A DNA stretch of 20,000 bases from IMG/VR virus record IMGVR_UViG_3300027963_000003; one strand, 5' to 3'. Made by a program: the position numbers and the translations under genes. The stretch comes from an uncultured virus (IMG/VR IMGVR_UViG_3300027963_000003). Taxonomy: Duplodnaviria > Heunggongvirae > Uroviricota > Caudoviricetes. Under the pieces are notes generated by a model, which had not been told where the DNA came from, ran no database searches, and saw only the letters and a program-made list of their open reading frames with translations. Positions 17,001-20,000 of this stretch are shown here, piece after piece (the stretch's first letter is position 1; each line of letters begins with the position of its first letter).

Positions 17001-17214
17001 AATAAAAATAATCTGTGGCTGAATTAAATACTCCAAATAATACTTGTTCAGTTCCTAACTGACCACGCTTTACCCAAGTTGAAATTGTCCATGTAGTTGC
17101 ACTTGTTGGGGTTCCAAAAGTCCTATTTAAATAAGCAGAAGCACTACTTCTAAACCTTAAAGATTTAGTTAAGTTATAGCCACTAGTAGCACTTCCAGCC
17201 ATTGCTAAGGACAT
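14029..17214 (-). CDS. Large mosaic virion adhesin/fibre: ConA/LamG-like + Gly-rich + SPRY/B30.2-like + three C-terminal repeats (1061 aa)
   Basis: WTISTWVKR..FRDPAAWYNIV..KLYING (LamG); YLVVAGGGGG..GGSGVIIV (Gly-rich domain); TGKWYWE..GDVLMVAFD..IYFGKNG (SPRY); three Y.G..P.[FM]..[VF]K repeats. Confidence 0.8.
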   Translation of the reverse strand: MSLAMAGSATSGYNLTKSLRFRSSASAYLNRTFGTPTSATTWTISTWVKRGQLGTEQVLFGVFNSATDYFYFGFDATDVLQIFDRPSGGGTNWLTTTQVFRDPAAWYNIVYVFDTTQTTSTNRQKLYINGVQVTSFSTQTPGTQNSVARWNASGNVSYIGRSGNSSGQAYIDMYQAELNFIDGLALTPSSFGSTNAATGVWQPAKYTGTYGANGFYLPFIDNSTTTSSITGNTGIGRDFSGNGNYWTTNNISLATGTYSSLTSGSGNYTVPAGVTSLSYLVVAGGGGGYSGGGGAGGLLFGTMAVTPGQTIAYSVGAGGTGGNYGSSINATNGTDTTFGALTAIGGGAGTSAGNNGNTGGSGSGGAGSGSGTTAGGAGTSGQGFAGGGNAGFIASPYPSGGGGGASAVGNNAANSTTSGAGGAGLTWINGSTYGGGGGGGTFSPSNPAGAGGSGGGGGGGSTGNGTAGTPNTGGGGGGSPLSAIGGAGGSGVIIVGYGSSVTYDSMTDVPTLTNPTTANYCVLNPLDQRSLIALSNANLHVQADSSGSWGQVRSTVAFPTTGKWYWEFVFNTGTNSFSTNGIGNSGTSLSLDYAPSSWANIYQFMGNGTLYANNTSSSYGSSLSSGDVLMVAFDRDNSAIYFGKNGTWFNSSNPATQTSPAASSISTSLTFFPMCGSVNASGGDINFGQQGFAYTPPTGFVALNTYNLPNSTVVKGNTVMDATTYAGTSATQSVTNTAGFKPDFIWVKNRTGANDNILFDSNRGSNGSYYYELISNGTVAENYYSPGNYGMVSAINSNGFTLASSNSNWNLSNATGNNYVGWQWQAGQGSSSSNTDGSITSTVSVSKPAGFSVVTYTGTGSNATVGHGLGVAPSMIIVKRRDAGSSGWSVYFITLAAGYILALQSTAAQANSAARFTTTLPTSTVFSIGTDSDLNASAGTYVAYCWTPIAGYSAFGSYTGNGSTDGPFIYTGFRPKFVMFKASSGTTGNWVLLDTSRDTYNMAVNVLEPDVSDAEAVLSPMIDILSNGYKIRRSSAGTNGSGNTYIYMAFAENPFKNALAR

Positions 17215-17648
17215 TAAGCATCTCCTAAAGCACGACCTTGTTCATACAAATTAGTACCATCACTACGGAATACAAAGAAGTCTTTTGCACTAGCTGCAGT
17301 AGATAAAACGGGAGCTGCTCCGTTTGCCCACTTAAATATGCTATTCCAAGTCAATGTATTAGATCCAGCATTCTGAATAACGCATAAAGAATAAAACCCT
17401 CCGTTAACCAAACCTGTAGGAGCGCCCATAGTGCGGTTAGATGATACAAAAGTAAATGTAGCTACTTGACCAGTAGTTGTAGACCATGCAATTGTTGCTG
17501 CATCAGTTAATGTAATTGTAGGAGAATACCCCGTGCCAGTAAATGAAGTTAAACCATTAGCTGGTACAAAAGAAAAAAGCCCACTAGTATCCCCACTCAT
17601 ATTAAGTGCGGTTGCGCTTGTAGTTCCAGCAGATATAGTAGATGCCAT
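17214..17648 (-). CDS. Small fibre-associated/connector protein (144 aa)
   Basis: MASTISAGTT..SGDTSG N-terminus and TLTDAATIAW..NRTMGAPT..QNAGSNTLTW..FKW..APVLST..D.FVFRSDGTNLY beta domain. TAATG overlaps on both sides. Confidence 0.6.
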   Translation of the reverse strand: MASTISAGTTSATALNMSGDTSGLFSFVPANGLTSFTGTGYSPTITLTDAATIAWSTTTGQVATFTFVSSNRTMGAPTGLVNGGFYSLCVIQNAGSNTLTWNSIFKWANGAAPVLSTAASAKDFFVFRSDGTNLYEQGRALGDA

Positions 17649-17809
17649 TATGTGTTTTCTTTAGGGTACTTGTTTTTGACAGCTTGAATCTTGGCAGTCA
17701 TTTCAGCCGAGAATGCACCTTGCTTAAATAGGTCATCAAGCTGGTCACCAATAGATGGGTATTCTTGAGTTCTTAAAATTGAATAAGTGGGCTGTTGCTT
17801 GTTTTCCAT
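17648..17809 (-). CDS. 53-aa YPSIGDQLD-motif protein, putative fibre chaperone
   Basis: Not in the ORF track. Manual translation MENKQQPTYSILRTQEYPSIGDQLDDLFKQGAFSAEMTAKIQAVKNKYPKENT; TAAGGA SD; TAATG overlap with the next gene. Confidence 0.8.
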   Translation of the reverse strand: MENKQQPTYSILRTQEYPSIGDQLDDLFKQGAFSAEMTAKIQAVKNKYPKENT

Positions 17810-17818
17810 AATTATTCC

Positions 17819-18397
17819 TTAAGCAATTTCATAAACAACATTCATGGTTGGAGTATACCCAGCACCAATAGTAAATCCGTTGCTGTAAGTTGTCCATTGT
17901 AATTGAGTTGACGATGTTGGAATATAGCCTTTTAGCATATTTCCTGTAGAAGATGTTTCCATGCCCCACCCACCTATTTGTATTCTTGCCGCTGATGTAA
18001 ATGGAAGCGTTGCGTAAATAAGACCGGATGCACTGCCTACTGTTGTGATTGTTATATTAATAGACACAAAACAAGTTTTACCAATAACTTGATATGCGCC
18101 AGTTGCACTTACAGTTGTGAATGACCCTGTTGAAGCGGTTATGACTGGTGTATAAGAAGTCCAAGCAGTTGCTGCAATTCCTGATGTTGGTAATCCTGTG
18201 CAATTAGTTAAAGTACCAGATGTGGGTGTTCCTAAAATAGGGCTTGTTAACGTTTTATTAGTAAGTGTTTGTGTAGCAACGTCCACCACCACGTTGCCTG
18301 TGCTTGTAGGTAATGTTAATGTATTAGTACCAGCTATGGCTGGGGCGGATATTGTTATAGCGCCTGATGTATCGCCTGAAATGACTACTGAACTCAT
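17819..18397 (-). CDS. Short fibre/receptor-binding protein (192 aa)
   Basis: Start reassigned to ATG 18397 (MSSVVISGDTSG, ATGA overlap). TLTNKTLTSP/GTLTNCTGLP fibre shaft motifs and a WTSYTP..YQVIGKTCFV..TLPF head. Confidence 0.65.
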   Translation of the reverse strand: MSSVVISGDTSGAITISAPAIAGTNTLTLPTSTGNVVVDVATQTLTNKTLTSPILGTPTSGTLTNCTGLPTSGIAATAWTSYTPVITASTGSFTTVSATGAYQVIGKTCFVSINITITTVGSASGLIYATLPFTSAARIQIGGWGMETSSTGNMLKGYIPTSSTQLQWTTYSNGFTIGAGYTPTMNVVYEIA

Positions 18398-18888
18398 AGA
18401 ACCACCCATCTACTGCCCGTAGGCACGGTTACGGAAACTCCGCTAGATATGGTAATAGGTCCAACAGAAGTGGCTGAATATCCAGTAGGAATAGAATAAT
18501 TAGCGCCTACTGTTAAGTTGTTTACAAAAAGACCATTAGACGCTGAAATTTGCGGGGCAGTTGCAGTATTTAACGTATCTTGATTAACAGAACGACCAGC
18601 AGGATAAGTAACAAAAACGTTAACAGTACCACTAAATGTGACTGCAGAACCAGAATTAGAAGACGAATAAATAGTGGTTCTAGTTAGGGTTGGACCTGTG
18701 GTTGAGTATGTGCCTAGCCCAACTTCCCAGTTTCCTGTTGCATCAAAAGCGCTATAGTAGGTTGTATTAGTGTTGCCAACGCCAGCGGTAAATGACTGAA
18801 ATCCAGTTGATGCTCCGCTTAAAGTAAAGCTAACTGTAGTATTAGCCGTACCTGTTTCTTGTACTCTATCTGCTAAAACAAGAGCCAT
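18394..18888 (-). CDS. Fibre anchor/adaptor protein (164 aa)
   Basis: MALVLADRVQET..WEVGLGTY..TLTRT..VFVTYPA N-domain and C-terminal SVGPITI..GVSVTVP.GSRWVVL motif. TAAGGAG SD. Confidence 0.6.
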   Translation of the reverse strand: MALVLADRVQETGTANTTVSFTLSGASTGFQSFTAGVGNTNTTYYSAFDATGNWEVGLGTYSTTGPTLTRTTIYSSSNSGSAVTFSGTVNVFVTYPAGRSVNQDTLNTATAPQISASNGLFVNNLTVGANYSIPTGYSATSVGPITISSGVSVTVPTGSRWVVL

Positions 18889-18898
18889 CTAAGACTCC

Positions 18899-19513
18899 TT
18901 AGCTAGTAGCCGTTGTTGTGTAAGTAATGGCTAAAGAATCACCATTAGATACAGTTTTTGTACCACCAGTAAAATTACCAGCAGAATACAAAACGCCAGT
19001 AGTAGTATCTTTAGTAGCTGATGCACTTGCCCCAGAGTTAATAAAACAACCAATAACGCTTCCACCGCTTGTCATAGAAAATGTTAAAGAGGAAGCAGTT
19101 TTAGTGGTTATGTTAGATGGTGTTGTGCCAGAAGATGTAGCTGCTGTCCATGATGGAGATTGGCGGTTTCCTGAGTAAGTAGGAGCATTAGCTAGGCCAG
19201 CTTCTAACCAAGTATGAGAAGCCATAGTGTCAGCAGCCGTATAAGTGCCTGTACCTGTGCAAAGACCTAGATAGTTAACACCAGATGCTGTACCACCGGC
19301 AGTGCCTGTAGCACCGAAGTAAAAATCAAACAAAGCTTGTTTGCCTACTGCGGTTACTAGATTAGGAGCGTCATCTTCCCATTTAATATTGCCATCTTTA
19401 TCTTTGCAAACAACGTGGTAGAAACCTTGGATGCCCATATTCTCATCGTGATTAGCGTTGCGAGTAACAGTTGCATCGCAAATATCGCCAAAATTTGATA
19501 GTTCATTGCTCAT
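18899..19513 (-). CDS. Beta-rich virion structural protein (204 aa)
   Basis: NLVT.VGK, YLGL, AADTM.SH.W.E, Y.G.R..P.W, G.LYS and KTV.NGDSL.ITY motifs. Thr/Ser/Gly-rich; located in the structural cluster. Confidence 0.65.
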   Translation of the reverse strand: MSNELSNFGDICDATVTRNANHDENMGIQGFYHVVCKDKDGNIKWEDDAPNLVTAVGKQALFDFYFGATGTAGGTASGVNYLGLCTGTGTYTAADTMASHTWLEAGLANAPTYSGNRQSPSWTAATSSGTTPSNITTKTASSLTFSMTSGGSVIGCFINSGASASATKDTTTGVLYSAGNFTGGTKTVSNGDSLAITYTTTATS

Positions 19514-19521
19514 AAACGCCC

Positions 19522-19944
19522 CTAGCTAAATCGAATAATGGCTGAAGTAGCATCAGCCGTTGGAAAAGTAATTGTAAAATTTGGGCCTGCTGTTTTATCG
19601 CTGCCAAAATCCAGTACCGCTACCGCAGCATTTGTAGTGCTATTATATATTAAAGCACCCCTACAGGTAAAGCTGGCGCTTGTCCAAGTCACGTTATTAA
19701 AAGACACATAAGCTGTCTGCCCACTAGAAGTCGGGACTATTGGAGTGAGCGTTTGACCCCCTGCCGTATACCCCGTACCACTGATTTCATTAGAAGTCGT
19801 GTATGCAGTCGTTGAATATGATAAGTCCGCATTAGCCGTATATAAAGCAATCTTGTAGACATAGGAAGTTCCAGAGGCAAAGTTCTCCAACCCGCTTAAA
19901 CAGTTTTGTTTAAATACTGTGCATTGACCTTGTTGGATTGTCAT
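19522..19944 (-). CDS. Beta-rich virion structural protein (140 aa)
   Basis: YKIALYT..TTAY..NEISGTGYTAGG.TL..F..VTW..RGALIYN..AVAVLDFGSDK..FTITFP. ATGA overlap with the upstream gene. Confidence 0.7.
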   Translation of the reverse strand: MTIQQGQCTVFKQNCLSGLENFASGTSYVYKIALYTANADLSYSTTAYTTSNEISGTGYTAGGQTLTPIVPTSSGQTAYVSFNNVTWTSASFTCRGALIYNSTTNAAVAVLDFGSDKTAGPNFTITFPTADATSAIIRFS

Positions 19945-20000
19945 GGATTAACCGGGATTTTAGCTTGCCCGTCCCTGTATGCGTCACCACGCTCAAGACC
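19941..20000 (-). CDS. 3' end of upstream gene, probably the head-tail adaptor (partial)
   Basis: Manual translation GLERGDAYRDGQAKIPVNP-stop, with TGA overlapping the next ATG. Only 19 residues are visible, so the product is inferred from position and the D.YR.G tail. Confidence 0.45.
   Translation of the reverse strand, partial: GLERGDAYRDGQAKIPVNP

Noticed and set aside
8122..17036. Short out-of-frame minus-strand ORFs (8122-8313, 8917-9099, 15939-16181, 16815-17036), considered as nested Rz1-like or overprinted genes
   Set aside because: Leu/Val-rich shadows of the main frame's codon bias, with no convincing lipobox and not located in the lysis cassette.
17200..17230. Programmed frameshift or stop-codon reassignment fusing the small fibre genes
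   Set aside because: Junctions are ordinary TAATG/ATGA overlaps, no slippery heptamer was noticed, and TAA, TGA and TAG all act as stops with dense coding under the standard code.
11094..18397. Diversity-generating retroelement or invertible shufflon acting on the fibre genes
   Set aside because: No reverse transcriptase or recombinase, no non-coding space for a template repeat, and no near-identical adenine-variant repeat pair or flanking inverted repeats noticed by eye. A template elsewhere in the genome cannot be excluded.
301..19178. All plus-strand ORFs in the track (e.g. 301-564, 685-1128, 2323-2771, 5703-6476, 9591-9869, 11107-11409, 15983-16246, 18927-19178)
   Set aside because: They lie antisense to long minus-strand genes, and their Pro/Ala/Val/Ser-rich translations are what reverse-complemented Gly/Ala/Thr codons produce. 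No recognisable motifs.

Overview
Late (virion morphogenesis and lysis) region of a tailed dsDNA phage with podovirus (P22/T7-like) gene order. All supportable genes are on the minus strand, tightly packed and mostly translationally coupled through ATGA/TAATG overlaps, with AAGGA/GAGG Shine-Dalgarno sites. In transcription order (right to left): 3' end of a probable head-tail adaptor gene; two small beta-rich virion proteins; a fibre-adaptor protein; an array of three fibre/adhesin modules, each followed by a small chaperone-like gene, including a 1061-aa LamG + Gly-rich + SPRY mosaic; a 160-aa repeat protein; a collar-domain tail fibre; a lysis cassette (membrane protein, holin, GH19 endolysin); a tail nozzle/stabilisation protein; a needle-position protein with a C1q-like knob; then, after a candidate sigma70 promoter, an internal-virion/ejection module (464-aa, 157-aa, GNAT-like, 371-aa, 521-aa and a >575-aa protein running off the window). 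Three ORFs missing from the supplied track were read manually (1..1727, 17648..17809, 19941..20000). No RNA genes, CRISPR array, integrase or reverse transcriptase were seen. The most interesting signals are a shared hydrophobic-x-x-GG motif across three ejection proteins, a tape-measure-like C-terminal domain in one of them, a gp7-like 20-residue leader next to the GNAT gene, and a modular multi-fibre system with a possible 'rope/ruler' protein. All family calls come from motif recognition, not from database searches.
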